Positions 51,239-60,598 of a DNA stretch of 64,000 bases are shown one piece after another. The notes under the pieces are model-generated. The model was not told the origin of the DNA, did no database searches, and was given only the letters and a program-made list of their open reading frames with translations. The stretch is taken from positions 133,048 to 197,047 of the forward strand of contig CABZLP010000001.1 in the NCBI GenBank assembly GCA_902526565.1, written 5' to 3'. How positions within the stretch are numbered: position 1 is the stretch's first letter; each line of letters begins with the position of its first letter. Made by a program: the position numbers and the translations under genes. The stretch is from an uncultured Pelagibacteraceae bacterium. GTDB taxonomy: Bacteria; Pseudomonadota; Alphaproteobacteria; Pelagibacterales; AG-422-B15.

Positions 51239-51658
51239 TTATTTAGTTTCTGAACCGTAAAAATTTTTATCAAAGATTTCCATAATCTCATTTGGTGGGG
51301 TTGTAATTTTTCTAGAATTAAGATCAAACCACGCTCCGTTGGCAAGAATTTTAACTGCTAACTCTCCAGAACTTTTAAATAACAGGATTTTTCGTATCCA
51401 TTTTCTTTTATCTTCAGGAGGAGTTAACCGTTCTATTCTAAATTCGATTTCCTCATGCTCAAACACCTCTTTAAGATAATCAATTTTAGTTGAAAATGTC
51501 ACGGGTGCGCATGATAATTGAAGAAATTTCTGCGATGTGCCAATCTCTTTATTGAATTCCCACAATGCATCTATTGCGATTGACAAATAACCAGCTTCTC
51601 CAACATGCCCATTTTGGTCAATATATTTTGAGGAAACAACAATTTTTTTAGATTTCAT
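51239..51658 (-). CDS. 4HBT-like hotdog acyl-CoA thioesterase
   Basis: IDQNGHV...Y and IDYLKEV motifs. Confidence 0.7.
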   Translation of the reverse strand: MKSKKIVVSSKYIDQNGHVGEAGYLSIAIDALWEFNKEIGTSQKFLQLSCAPVTFSTKIDYLKEVFEHEEIEFRIERLTPPEDKRKWIRKILLFKSSGELAVKILANGAWFDLNSRKITTPPNEIMEIFDKNFYGSETK

Positions 51659-51721
51659 CTTCTGCGTGGAAAATGAATATAGTATTGACGCATTTATATT
51701 TTACCAAATATTAATAGTATT

Positions 51722-51922
51722 CTACTTTGGTATTATCAATAACATTAGCATGATTGTCAGAGCTATGTCTAATTTAAGGGGTGATGGGTTAAAGTTCCAT
51801 TTCGTGCCAAACATAAAAACCTAGAGAATCGCGCCAAAAATAAGGAAAATGAAGTAAACAACCATTAATCCAGGAAAATATTTAAGGGAAAAATTAAAGC
51901 CTTTTTCTAATTTTTTTCTCAT
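51722..51922 (-). pseudogene. Possible 2-TM small membrane protein split by one in-frame TAG (33 aa + 30 aa segments)
   Basis: MRKKLEKGFNFSLKYFPGLMVVYFIFLIFGAIL*VFMFGTKWNFNPSPLKLDIALTIMLMLLIIPK* in one frame. Confidence 0.25.
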
Positions 51923-52011
51923 AAAACGTAATTACTCAAATTTTTTGACCTTTAATAGAAAATTAATCTGTCAATTTGGCAATTGCATAAAATTAAATAA
52001 TTGCACTGTTT

Positions 52012-53433
52012 ATGTATGTTGACTGCATGTTTGATGAAATGTACAGCGATAACGCTGAGATAAGAGAACACTACCTAAATGTTAATTCATGGCTAAGAAC
52101 AATGTCTTCTACAGCTATAAGTAAAAAAAATGTAGAAGCTGAAAGTCATTTTAAAAGAATAGGGATAACATTCTCAGTCCAAGATGATTCAATGTCAGAA
52201 AGAATCATTCCCTTTGACTTAATACCCAGAATATTAACTAACCATGAATGGTCTAAAATTGAGAAAGGTGTCATCCAAAGAACTAAAGCTCTAAATGCAT
52301 TCTTAGCAGATATTTATAGCAGTGGAGAAATTTTTAAAGCAAAGATAATTCCTGAAGAAATTGTTTATAAGAAAGCATCGTTTGACCAGTCAATGGTCGG
52401 TTTTTCACCGCCGCGTAAAATATATAGTCCCATTGTAGGAGTCGATTTAGTAAGAACTGGAAGAGATCAATTTTATGTTCTGGAAGATAACTGTCGAACA
52501 CCTTCAGGTGTATCATACATGTTGGAGAACAGGGAAATTATGATGAAAATGTTTCCAGATTTGTTTCATTCAAACCGTGTTCAAAGAGTAGATGATTATC
52601 CGACAAGACTGCTGCAAACACTAATGAGCTTAGCTCCAAAGAAATGTGATAGCTCCATTCCCACAGTTGTACTTTTAACTCCTGGACATTTAAATAGCGC
52701 TTATTATGAACATACTTTTCTATCTGATCAAATGGGAATAGAGATGGTCGAGGCCAGTGACCTTTATGTAGAAAACGATCTTGTTTATATGAAAACTGTT
52801 GATGGTCCAAAAAAAGTTGATGTTATATATCGACGCATTGATGATGATTACATAGATCCTCTATTTTATAACCCTGATTCAGTTATTGGTGTGCCAGGTA
52901 TAATTCATGCATATCGAACTGGTGGAGTTAATATTTGTTCTGCGCCAGGCTGCGGCATTGCAGACGATAAAGCCATTTATATTTATGTTCCTGAAATGAT
53001 AAAATTTTATTTAGGTGAGATGCCTATTCTTGAAAATGTTGAGACCTGGCGATGCGAAAAAGATGATGAATTAAAATATGTTTTAGAAAACATTAAAAAT
53101 CTTGTTGTTAAGGAGGTTGATGGCTCTGGTGGCTATGGCATGTTAATTGGCCCAAAATCAACAAAAAAAACCATTGAGCAATTCTCCCTTAAATTAAAAA
53201 ATAATCCCAAAGGCTATATTGCCCAACCAACTTTAGACCTATCATCATCACCTACTCTCATTGATAACGAAATAACAGGAAGACGTGTAGACTTAAGACC
53301 ATACTGCTTAATAGGTAAGCAAGCTCAACTTTGCCCGGGTGGCCTTACAAGAGTTGCGCTTAATAAAGGATCATACGTCGTAAATTCATCACAAGGAGGA
53401 GGCGTCAAGGACACTTGGGTTCTTGCTGATTAA
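52012..53433 (+). CDS. Circularly permuted type 2 ATP-grasp protein
   Basis: PFDLIPR, EDNCRTPSGVSY, YRRIDDD, GSGGYG, VVNSSQGGGVKDTWV. Confidence 0.92.
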   Translation: MYVDCMFDEMYSDNAEIREHYLNVNSWLRTMSSTAISKKNVEAESHFKRIGITFSVQDDSMSERIIPFDLIPRILTNHEWSKIEKGVIQRTKALNAFLADIYSSGEIFKAKIIPEEIVYKKASFDQSMVGFSPPRKIYSPIVGVDLVRTGRDQFYVLEDNCRTPSGVSYMLENREIMMKMFPDLFHSNRVQRVDDYPTRLLQTLMSLAPKKCDSSIPTVVLLTPGHLNSAYYEHTFLSDQMGIEMVEASDLYVENDLVYMKTVDGPKKVDVIYRRIDDDYIDPLFYNPDSVIGVPGIIHAYRTGGVNICSAPGCGIADDKAIYIYVPEMIKFYLGEMPILENVETWRCEKDDELKYVLENIKNLVVKEVDGSGGYGMLIGPKSTKKTIEQFSLKLKNNPKGYIAQPTLDLSSSPTLIDNEITGRRVDLRPYCLIGKQAQLCPGGLTRVALNKGSYVVNSSQGGGVKDTWVLAD

Positions 53434-53438
53434 TTAAA

Positions 53439-54374
53439 ATGTTAAGTAGAACTGCAGAGAATTTATATTGGATAAGTAGATACATGGAAAGGGCCGAAAC
53501 GATGGCGCGTCTATTGGATGTGGGATATCGTATGTCTCTATTCCCGAACCCTAAAGGGTATCATAACGAGTGGGACTCTGTTTTATCAGCTGCCGGGGCC
53601 TCACAAGGATATTTTCAAAAATATAATGAAATTAATCAAGAAAATGTTGAGGATTATCTTTTTTTTGATGAGGATAATCCCTCTTCTGTTTACAGCTGTA
53701 TATTAAAAGCAAGAAATAACGCTTTAGTTGTTCGAACAGCATTTACTCCAGAGGCATGGGTAGCCATAAATAAGTCCTATCAAGAAATGCTTGGATTTAA
53801 GAACAATAAATATTCTCGATCAGACTTGCCAAACTTCACTGAGTGGACAATACAACAGGTGAATATGTTTCGAGGGTCAGCAAATTCACTTCTAAGGAAT
53901 GATGGTTATCATTTTATATTTCTTGGAACATTTATTGAAAGAGCGGATAATTCTGCAAGATTACTTGATGTAAAGTATTTTGTTCTTTTGCCAACAGCTG
54001 ATTACATTGGAGGTAATCTTGATAATTTACAATGGATCATACTTTTGAGATCATTATCCTCTTTTAGGGCATTTCGTTGGGCTTATGATGGAGATGTAAC
54101 ATCAACTAAAATTGCTCATTTTTTTATACTTAACAATGATTGCTCAAGATCGCTTAGTTTCTGTATTAATAATATTGTCTATCATTTAAATAGTCTAAAA
54201 TGTAGTCCAGAGAAAATTACAGATATATATATGGGACTGAAAGATGTCCATGACTCAGTCAAAACAGAAACAGTTGATTCAATAATTAGTTTTGGACTGC
54301 ATGAGTATGTTACAAATTTTGTTTCCAAGATATCTTTTTTAGACAATCAAATTCAATCACATTTTTTTAGATAA
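53439..54374 (+). CDS. Alpha-E domain protein (DUF403)
   Basis: MLSRTAENLYW.SRYMERAE and GTFIERADN (two ER motifs). Confidence 0.9.
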   Translation: MLSRTAENLYWISRYMERAETMARLLDVGYRMSLFPNPKGYHNEWDSVLSAAGASQGYFQKYNEINQENVEDYLFFDEDNPSSVYSCILKARNNALVVRTAFTPEAWVAINKSYQEMLGFKNNKYSRSDLPNFTEWTIQQVNMFRGSANSLLRNDGYHFIFLGTFIERADNSARLLDVKYFVLLPTADYIGGNLDNLQWIILLRSLSSFRAFRWAYDGDVTSTKIAHFFILNNDCSRSLSFCINNIVYHLNSLKCSPEKITDIYMGLKDVHDSVKTETVDSIISFGLHEYVTNFVSKISFLDNQIQSHFFR

Positions 54375-54375
54375 T

Positions 54376-55197
54376 ATGCACCTTACTGTTAATCATACAA
54401 CAAACTACCATTATGATGATAATCTTTTAGGATTAATTCAAACCACTAAGCTTATACCCTCTTCATACAATGGTTTAAAAATCATTGATTGGGAAGTTAC
54501 AAGAAACGAGAAGAAGGGCGGTGATATATTTAGGGATGCAGAAGGAAACAATATAGTTAATTTTAAAAGTGAAGAGAAAGAGAATAATGTTTACTTTCTT
54601 GTAAAAGGAATTGTAGAGACATTTAATACTGATGGTGTTTACAAAAGTGTAAATGATAAAGTTAATCCCTTGGTTTACATGAGAAATACAAGACTTACTC
54701 AGCCAAATAAGGAGATTTATGAACTTGGCTTAGAAGCAAGAGAGAGTTGTAACGATGATGAGATATTAAAAATGGCACATAACATTCTAGGACTTGTTTC
54801 AGAAAAAGTAGATTATGTTCCATATACTACAAATACACAGACTACTGCTGCAGTGGCCATGGAACAAAAAAAAGGAGTGTGTCAAGACCAGGCTCACATC
54901 ATGATTTCTGCAGCTAAATCAATTGGTTTACCCTCAAGATATGTAAGTGGTTACATGCACAAAAACGAGAATGATTCTGAGTTTCAAGCAACCCATGCCT
55001 GGGCTGAAGTTTACATAAACAATCTTGGTTGGGTTGGATTTGATCCTACAAATCGCTGCTCCCCAGATGAGAGATACATCAGAGTTTCTTGTGGACTTGA
55101 TGCGAGTTTCGCAGCTCCAATCAGAGGTGTTTATTATGGAAACAGCAATGAAAACTTAGAAATAAGTGTCCAGACAATTGAGAATTCCCCCCAATAA
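54376..55197 (+). CDS. Bacterial transglutaminase-like protein
   Basis: N-terminal H.T.Y.Y domain; triad GVCQD, HAW, FDPTN. Confidence 0.9.
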   Translation: MHLTVNHTTNYHYDDNLLGLIQTTKLIPSSYNGLKIIDWEVTRNEKKGGDIFRDAEGNNIVNFKSEEKENNVYFLVKGIVETFNTDGVYKSVNDKVNPLVYMRNTRLTQPNKEIYELGLEARESCNDDEILKMAHNILGLVSEKVDYVPYTTNTQTTAAVAMEQKKGVCQDQAHIMISAAKSIGLPSRYVSGYMHKNENDSEFQATHAWAEVYINNLGWVGFDPTNRCSPDERYIRVSCGLDASFAAPIRGVYYGNSNENLEISVQTIENSPQ

Positions 55198-55223
55198 TTA
55201 AGAGGCCAATTAAGGCCTCTTAA
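55198..55223. terminator. Stem-loop between convergent genes (likely bidirectional terminator)
   Basis: TTAAGAGGCC-AATTAA-GGCCTCTTAA. Confidence 0.7.
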
Positions 55224-55230
55224 AAATTAA

Positions 55231-55875
55231 TTAAACCATGTGTTTGATACTTCTCGCCAGTGTTTGAATTCCTATCACTCCAGACGGATCATTCATTGCA
55301 TCATTAACCCATTTATTAAAGTCATCGCTAGCATTTGAACCATCTAACATTTCTCCATATGCAGCGCAGCTTTTATGTCCTTCTATATAAACAAAGGCTG
55401 GTGGCTCTCCTGCGATACCTCTCCAAACAGATACATCAACTCCCATCGCTTCTTGTAACTTTTTAGCAATTGCAGTACTTTTCATCATGCTCTCCATTTT
55501 CCCTGGCCCAGCTGACGCGAAAACTGTTATTTTAAAATAGGGTAAAGAGGTGTCAATCAATTTGCCCATTTCCGGGTCAGCAGTACACTCATATGAATTA
55601 ACCATACTTATCATACTAGTGCCCTCAGTCAGGACCTGCTGCATCAAAGACTGATAATTTGAATCGTCGTTAAGCTTATCCATGAATTCACCATAAGCTT
55701 TTGCACTTTCAAATTGAGCACCCAGGTCTACTCCAGGATTTTGAGTACCTCTCACTGGTATATTCATATAAAAATCAGCTCCATGATCTTTATATAGCTT
55801 TGCCATCTTCATAAGCCAATCCATACCAGCTGGCTTTGCAGACATCCACCGTGAACCAGAAAAAATTGCAACCAT
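55231..55875 (-). CDS. Hypothetical protein with internal duplication (tandem NIPSNAP/dimeric alpha-beta barrel-like)
   Basis: SD AAGGAGAA before ATG 55875; repeat FESAKAYGEFMD / HKSCAAYGEMLD. Confidence 0.6.
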   Translation of the reverse strand: MVAIFSGSRWMSAKPAGMDWLMKMAKLYKDHGADFYMNIPVRGTQNPGVDLGAQFESAKAYGEFMDKLNDDSNYQSLMQQVLTEGTSMISMVNSYECTADPEMGKLIDTSLPYFKITVFASAGPGKMESMMKSTAIAKKLQEAMGVDVSVWRGIAGEPPAFVYIEGHKSCAAYGEMLDGSNASDDFNKWVNDAMNDPSGVIGIQTLARSIKHMV

Positions 55876-55972
55876 ATTATTCTCCTTTAAAAAATTAAAA
55901 GAAAATTTTTTCATAGTAGTTATATATAAAAAGACTAAATTTTAGATTCTAAGTCAATAAAGCTATTATATT

Positions 55973-56713
55973 TTAATATTTTACCTCCATAAAATACAGG
56001 CCATCTGGGGGGGCAACTGCACCACATTTCGATCTTTCCTTAGAATTGAGAGCATCATGAAAATCACTTACCAGCCAGCTTTGTTCACCGACCAATTTAA
56101 GACTTCCTACAATTGACCTTACTTGGTGATGTAAGAATGATTTTGCTGAAAATCCGAAATAAATATTTTCTTCTGATTTTGTAATTTGAAGGCTATCAAT
56201 TGTCTTTATAGGACTATCTGACTGGCAATGAGCAGAACGAAACGTTGTAAAGTCATGTTTGCCTTCAATTGATGAAATGCATTCCTTCATAATATTTACG
56301 TCTATCTCTTTATGCACATGCCATGCTCTACCCTTTTCAATTGTTAAGGGAGACTTGCGATTAACTATTCGATATAAATATTTTCTTTGACGTGCATTAA
56401 AACGGGCATGAAATGTATTATCAACTTCATCGACTTCTAAGATAGCTATTGGAAAAGGGCGTAGATGATCATTAAGTGCATTTTTAATTACAAAAGGTTC
56501 AAGCTCTTTGTTATTGATATCGAAATGAGCTACCTGTCCCATAGCATGAACGCCAGCATCTGTTCTTCCAGCTCCGAAAATAGTCACAGTTTCTTCAAAT
56601 AAATTTTTAATAGAGTCTTCTATAGCACCTTGTATCGATTGCCCATTGTCTTGTCTTTGCCAACCGATAAATGGAGTGCCATCATATTCAATTTTTATTT
56701 TATATCTCTTCAT
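55973..56713 (-). CDS. truA: tRNA pseudouridine(38-40) synthase
   Basis: YDGT.F.GWQ, GRTDAGVHA, FLHHQVR. Confidence 0.96.
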   Translation of the reverse strand: MKRYKIKIEYDGTPFIGWQRQDNGQSIQGAIEDSIKNLFEETVTIFGAGRTDAGVHAMGQVAHFDINNKELEPFVIKNALNDHLRPFPIAILEVDEVDNTFHARFNARQRKYLYRIVNRKSPLTIEKGRAWHVHKEIDVNIMKECISSIEGKHDFTTFRSAHCQSDSPIKTIDSLQITKSEENIYFGFSAKSFLHHQVRSIVGSLKLVGEQSWLVSDFHDALNSKERSKCGAVAPPDGLYFMEVKY

Positions 56714-57630
56714 TCAAGTATTGAGCCTACTGATATTTTATTGCCCAGTATAAATTCTTCTATACCGCAACTTTGTTTGCCTTCTACCTTTAAAATTAAT
56801 GGTCTAATTGATTTATTTCCACAACCAATAGTCAGATCATCATCAACAACTTTTCCTGGTTCTGCGTCAACATCAACCTCCATCGCTTTTAATATTTTTA
56901 CTCTTTTATTTTTCCACATAAACCAGGCGCCTGGATTGGGATTGTATGCATTAATTCGTCTTACTATTTTTAAGGCATCTTCTTTCCAATCTATCTTTGT
57001 TTCTTGCTTAGATATTTTTTCTGCATAACAAGAAAGAGTATCATCTTGCTTCTGCATAATATTTTTGAATAAAGAGTCTTTGAAAAATTTTTCAAATAAA
57101 TCAGCTCCCATTAATGAAAGCCTTGTTTCCAATTCTGTATAGCTCTCTGAAATATTAATTTTGATTTTGTCTTGTAAAACAATATCTCCGGTATCTAATC
57201 CCTTATTCATTTTCATAATGGTCACCCCGGTCATTTCGTCTCCTTCAATCATTGATCTTTGAATAGGGGCCGCCCCTCTCCATCGTGGTAAAACCGAGGC
57301 ATGGAGATTATAGCAGCCAAATTTTGGAAGATTAAGAATCTCCTCAGGCAGTATAAGGCCATAGGCAATAACAATTATGAAATCAAGGTTCATATCTTTG
57401 ATAAATTTAATCTCTTCTGAAGAACGTAAACCTTTTGGTGAATATAGCTTTAAATTATTTTCTTCTGCGTACAATGCTACTGGTGACTTTGAAATTTTCA
57501 TTCCACGATTAGCTTTTTTTGACGGCGATGTGTATACACCTTTGAGCTCGTGTCCACTCGTAATAATTTTTTGTAAAGTGGGTATAGAAAAAGGGGCCGT
57601 ACCCATAAAAAGAATTCGAAAATTAGTCAT
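56710..57630 (-). CDS. fmt: Methionyl-tRNA formyltransferase
   Basis: FMGT, NLHASVLPRWRGAAPIQ, LDTG. Confidence 0.96.
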   Translation of the reverse strand: MTNFRILFMGTAPFSIPTLQKIITSGHELKGVYTSPSKKANRGMKISKSPVALYAEENNLKLYSPKGLRSSEEIKFIKDMNLDFIIVIAYGLILPEEILNLPKFGCYNLHASVLPRWRGAAPIQRSMIEGDEMTGVTIMKMNKGLDTGDIVLQDKIKINISESYTELETRLSLMGADLFEKFFKDSLFKNIMQKQDDTLSCYAEKISKQETKIDWKEDALKIVRRINAYNPNPGAWFMWKNKRVKILKAMEVDVDAEPGKVVDDDLTIGCGNKSIRPLILKVEGKQSCGIEEFILGNKISVGSILE

Positions 57631-57635
57631 TTTGA

Positions 57636-58172
57636 TTAAGCGACGATGCGCTCTTTACTTGATTGTTTTTTTGATTTGATTAATTTTTTTACAATCATAG
57701 TTTTTTTCAAATTTGATAAATAATCAATAAATAGAATGCCTTCAAGATGATCCATTTCATGTTGGATACAGGTAGCGAGGAGTCCTTCTGCGTGCAATGT
57801 AGCTTTCTTTCCATTGTAATCTAAGTAGCTTACCTCACATTCCTCAGGCCTATCAATTTCAGCATACTGATCAGGAACTGAGAGACAACCTTCTTCATAT
57901 GTTGACATATTCTTTGTCTTTACTTTGATTTCAGGATTAACAAAAAAATAAGGTTCTTTTTTTCCGTCTTCATTTCTCCAGCTAATATCCATCACTATTA
58001 CTCTCAAAGGAACTCCTATTTGTACAGCGGCTAAACCAATACCAGGAGCGTTATACATAGTATCAAGCATGTCATCCATTAATAATTGGATATCTTTTGT
58101 TACTTCCTTCACTGGAGTTGATACCTGCTTTAAAAAAGGATCTGGAGCAGTGAGGATTTTCTTTATAGCCAT
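57636..58172 (-). CDS. def: Peptide deformylase
   Basis: GIGLAA, EGCLS, QHEMDH. Confidence 0.97.
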   Translation of the reverse strand: MAIKKILTAPDPFLKQVSTPVKEVTKDIQLLMDDMLDTMYNAPGIGLAAVQIGVPLRVIVMDISWRNEDGKKEPYFFVNPEIKVKTKNMSTYEEGCLSVPDQYAEIDRPEECEVSYLDYNGKKATLHAEGLLATCIQHEMDHLEGILFIDYLSNLKKTMIVKKLIKSKKQSSKERIVA

Positions 58173-58178
58173 AAAACT

Positions 58179-58207
58179 TTGATAGGCTAACTTAGTTGCA
58201 AGGTCAA
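58179..58207 (-). promoter_or_regulatory. Putative sigma70 promoter of def-fmt-truA, leaderless geometry
   Basis: TTGACC-N17-TATCAA, ending 6 nt before the ATG. Confidence 0.45.
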
Positions 58208-58242
58208 GATTGAATAGAAAAATGATTGGAAAACAGTCACAA

Positions 58243-58848
58243 CTAAATTTTCTGGCGAGCGCTCAAGGCAGCTGCAATAGTGCCTTCGTCCATGTAATCT
58301 AATTCTCCACCTACTGGAACGCCATGTCCTAAACGACTAACAACTATATCTTTTTGAGACAAAGTATCTGCAACATAATGTGCTGTAGTTTGGCCATCTA
58401 CGGTTGCACTTAAAGCTAAGATCACCTCTTCCACTTCATCGCTACCCACCCTATCAATTAGCCTTTTTAAATTAAGATCCTCAGGACCTACACTATTTAT
58501 TGCAGATAAATTACCGCCAAGAATATGGTACATACCATTAAATACCTCAGCTTTTTCTAGTGCCCATAGGTCGGCAATATTCTCTACTACACAAATTTGT
58601 TTTTTTGATCGTTTCTCATCATTACAAATACTACATGGGCTATGTAAATCGATGTTACCACAAACTTCACAGGTGATAATTTTTTCACTAGAAGATAGAA
58701 GTGCTTCTGCCAGAGGTATCATTAACTGTTCCTTTTTTTTTAAAAGGTGTAAAGCTGCCCTACTTGCTGACTTTGGACCAAAGCCGGGCAACTTACTTAT
58801 TAATAATATCAGTTTATCAATTTCTGGATTCGAAGATCGGGATCGCAT
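58243..58848 (-). CDS. recR: Recombination mediator RecR
   Basis: LPGFGPKSA, C4 zinc finger, Toprim domain, GVPVGGELDY. Confidence 0.96.
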   Translation of the reverse strand: MRSRSSNPEIDKLILLISKLPGFGPKSASRAALHLLKKKEQLMIPLAEALLSSSEKIITCEVCGNIDLHSPCSICNDEKRSKKQICVVENIADLWALEKAEVFNGMYHILGGNLSAINSVGPEDLNLKRLIDRVGSDEVEEVILALSATVDGQTTAHYVADTLSQKDIVVSRLGHGVPVGGELDYMDEGTIAAALSARQKI

Positions 58849-58849
58849 T

Positions 58850-59173
58850 TTAAAAAGGCAATTTCATTCCTGGGGGAAGTTTAAACCCTCCAGTTACTGA
58901 ACTCATTTCATCGGCTATCTTTTTTTGTATTTTTTCTTTAGCATCATTAAATGCTGCCATAATAAGATCTTCTAATATTTCTTTTTCATTTTTATCAATG
59001 ACACTGTCATCGATATTAATTGAGGTTACAACATTCTTTCCATTAATTGTAACCTTCACAATCCCACCACCAGCAACACCTTCTGCCTCAAGTGTCTCAA
59101 CTTTCTGTTGCGCATCTGCCATTTTCTGCTGCAGTTCTTGGGCTTGTTTGATCATGTTGTTAAAACTATTCAT
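58850..59173 (-). CDS. ybaB: YbaB/EbfC nucleoid-associated protein
   Basis: AGGGIVKV, EDLIMAAFN; lies between dnaX and recR. Confidence 0.93.
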   Translation of the reverse strand: MNSFNNMIKQAQELQQKMADAQQKVETLEAEGVAGGGIVKVTINGKNVVTSINIDDSVIDKNEKEILEDLIMAAFNDAKEKIQKKIADEMSSVTGGFKLPPGMKLPF

Positions 59174-59177
59174 GCTT

Positions 59178-60449
59178 CTATTCTTCTAAGTTCTCCACTT
59201 TTGTACCAGGAAAAAAGTCGACGATTTCCTTTAGTTTCGGATCCATTTCTTTGACTTCTTTAACTTTTATACTTTCTACGTTATTGACCTGATTTTCAAC
59301 CAAATTGTTTAAATCACTAATCAGCTTATCGGGTTTTGGAATATCATTTAAATAAATAATTCTAATTATCAGCATTTCGAGAGCAGAAATTGGCGAAAAT
59401 GAGTCTGATACCTCATCCAGTCCTTTATTTAGCATTTGCCAAAACATTGTGAGTGTTTGTAAATTAATATTATCTGCAATTTCCTTAACTTCTCTATATT
59501 CAGCTTCAGTCAGCGAGTTTTTAACGCCTTGATCAGCATTTATTTTTACCATTGAAATATCATGAATGGATGAAATTAAATCACGAACAATTACTGATGG
59601 ATCAGCTCCATTATCATAAAAAGAATTAATTATTTCAATACACTTGATCGTCTCACCTGAAGTCAATAATTTTATAAAATCGATTATTTCTGTAGGATCA
59701 TTTAATCCTATCATTTCTTTTACTTTATTTTCTGTTAACTCTTTATCAGAGAATGTAATTGATTGATCTAAAATTGATAATCCATCTCTAACTGAACCGT
59801 CAGCTGCGCGTGCAATAATTTTTAGTGAGCCCTGGTCAAATTGTACACCTTCCATATCGCAAATTTTTTTTAGGAAAGAAATTAAATCTTCAGGCTCAAC
59901 TCGTTTAAGATCATATCTTTGACATCTGGATAAGATTGTTGTTGGAATCTTTCTCACTTCAGTCGTCGCAAAAATAAATTTTACATGCGGTGGTGGCTCT
60001 TCTAAGGTTTTAAGCAATCCATTAAAAGCTGCTGTAGATAACATATGAACTTCATCAATTATATAAACTTTATACTTGGAAGACACAGGTGAATATTGGA
60101 CACCTTCAATCAATTCTCTAATGTCAGCGATACCCGTTCGTGACGCTGCATCCATTTCATATACATCGACACTTCTTGACTCAGTAATAGCAATGCAATT
60201 TTCACAAATACCACACAGCTCCTTTTCATCATTAGAGTCTATATTCATACAATTTAGTGATTTAGCAATAATTCTCGCTGTTGTTGTTTTCCCAACGCCC
60301 CTCACCCCTGTAAGCAAATAAGCATTAGCAACTCGGTCTGTTTCAATTGCTTTTTGAATTGTTTGAGACATAAGATCCTGACCAATAAGTTCACTAAACT
60401 TTAGTGGTCGATATTTAAGAGGGATTGGTAAGTTTTTTTGCTCTGACAT
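59178..60449 (-). CDS. dnaX: DNA polymerase III subunit gamma/tau (short, 423 aa)
   Basis: KYRP, GVRGVGKT, DEVHML, LEEPP, SRC. Confidence 0.95.
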   Translation of the reverse strand: MSEQKNLPIPLKYRPLKFSELIGQDLMSQTIQKAIETDRVANAYLLTGVRGVGKTTTARIIAKSLNCMNIDSNDEKELCGICENCIAITESRSVDVYEMDAASRTGIADIRELIEGVQYSPVSSKYKVYIIDEVHMLSTAAFNGLLKTLEEPPPHVKFIFATTEVRKIPTTILSRCQRYDLKRVEPEDLISFLKKICDMEGVQFDQGSLKIIARAADGSVRDGLSILDQSITFSDKELTENKVKEMIGLNDPTEIIDFIKLLTSGETIKCIEIINSFYDNGADPSVIVRDLISSIHDISMVKINADQGVKNSLTEAEYREVKEIADNINLQTLTMFWQMLNKGLDEVSDSFSPISALEMLIIRIIYLNDIPKPDKLISDLNNLVENQVNNVESIKVKEVKEMDPKLKEIVDFFPGTKVENLEE

Positions 60450-60467
60450 CTTTCAATATTAATACTG

Positions 60468-60559
60468 TGGGAGATTAAAGTAACCCAAATATCATCGTTG
60501 CGGCTGCTTCTTTTCAGACCTGACCGGATTGGCGAATAACTTGTCTACTCAATCTCCCA
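60468..60559 (-). ncRNA. ffs: Signal recognition particle RNA (4.5S)
   Basis: Core GGUCAGGUCUGAAAAGAAGCAGCC. The ends GGGAGAUUGAGUA and UACUUUAAUCUCCC pair. Upstream of dnaX, with an extended -10 (TGcTACAAT) at 60564-60572. Confidence 0.9.
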
Positions 60560-60598
60560 AAATATTGTAGCATACGATCAATAAATGTTGTTTATTAA

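Noticed and set aside
51975-52006. Sigma54 or NtrC site upstream of the ATP-grasp operon (TTGGCAATTGCA...AATTGCAC)
   Set aside because: GG/GC spacing does not fit -24/-12, and there is no TGCAC-N7-GTGCA dyad
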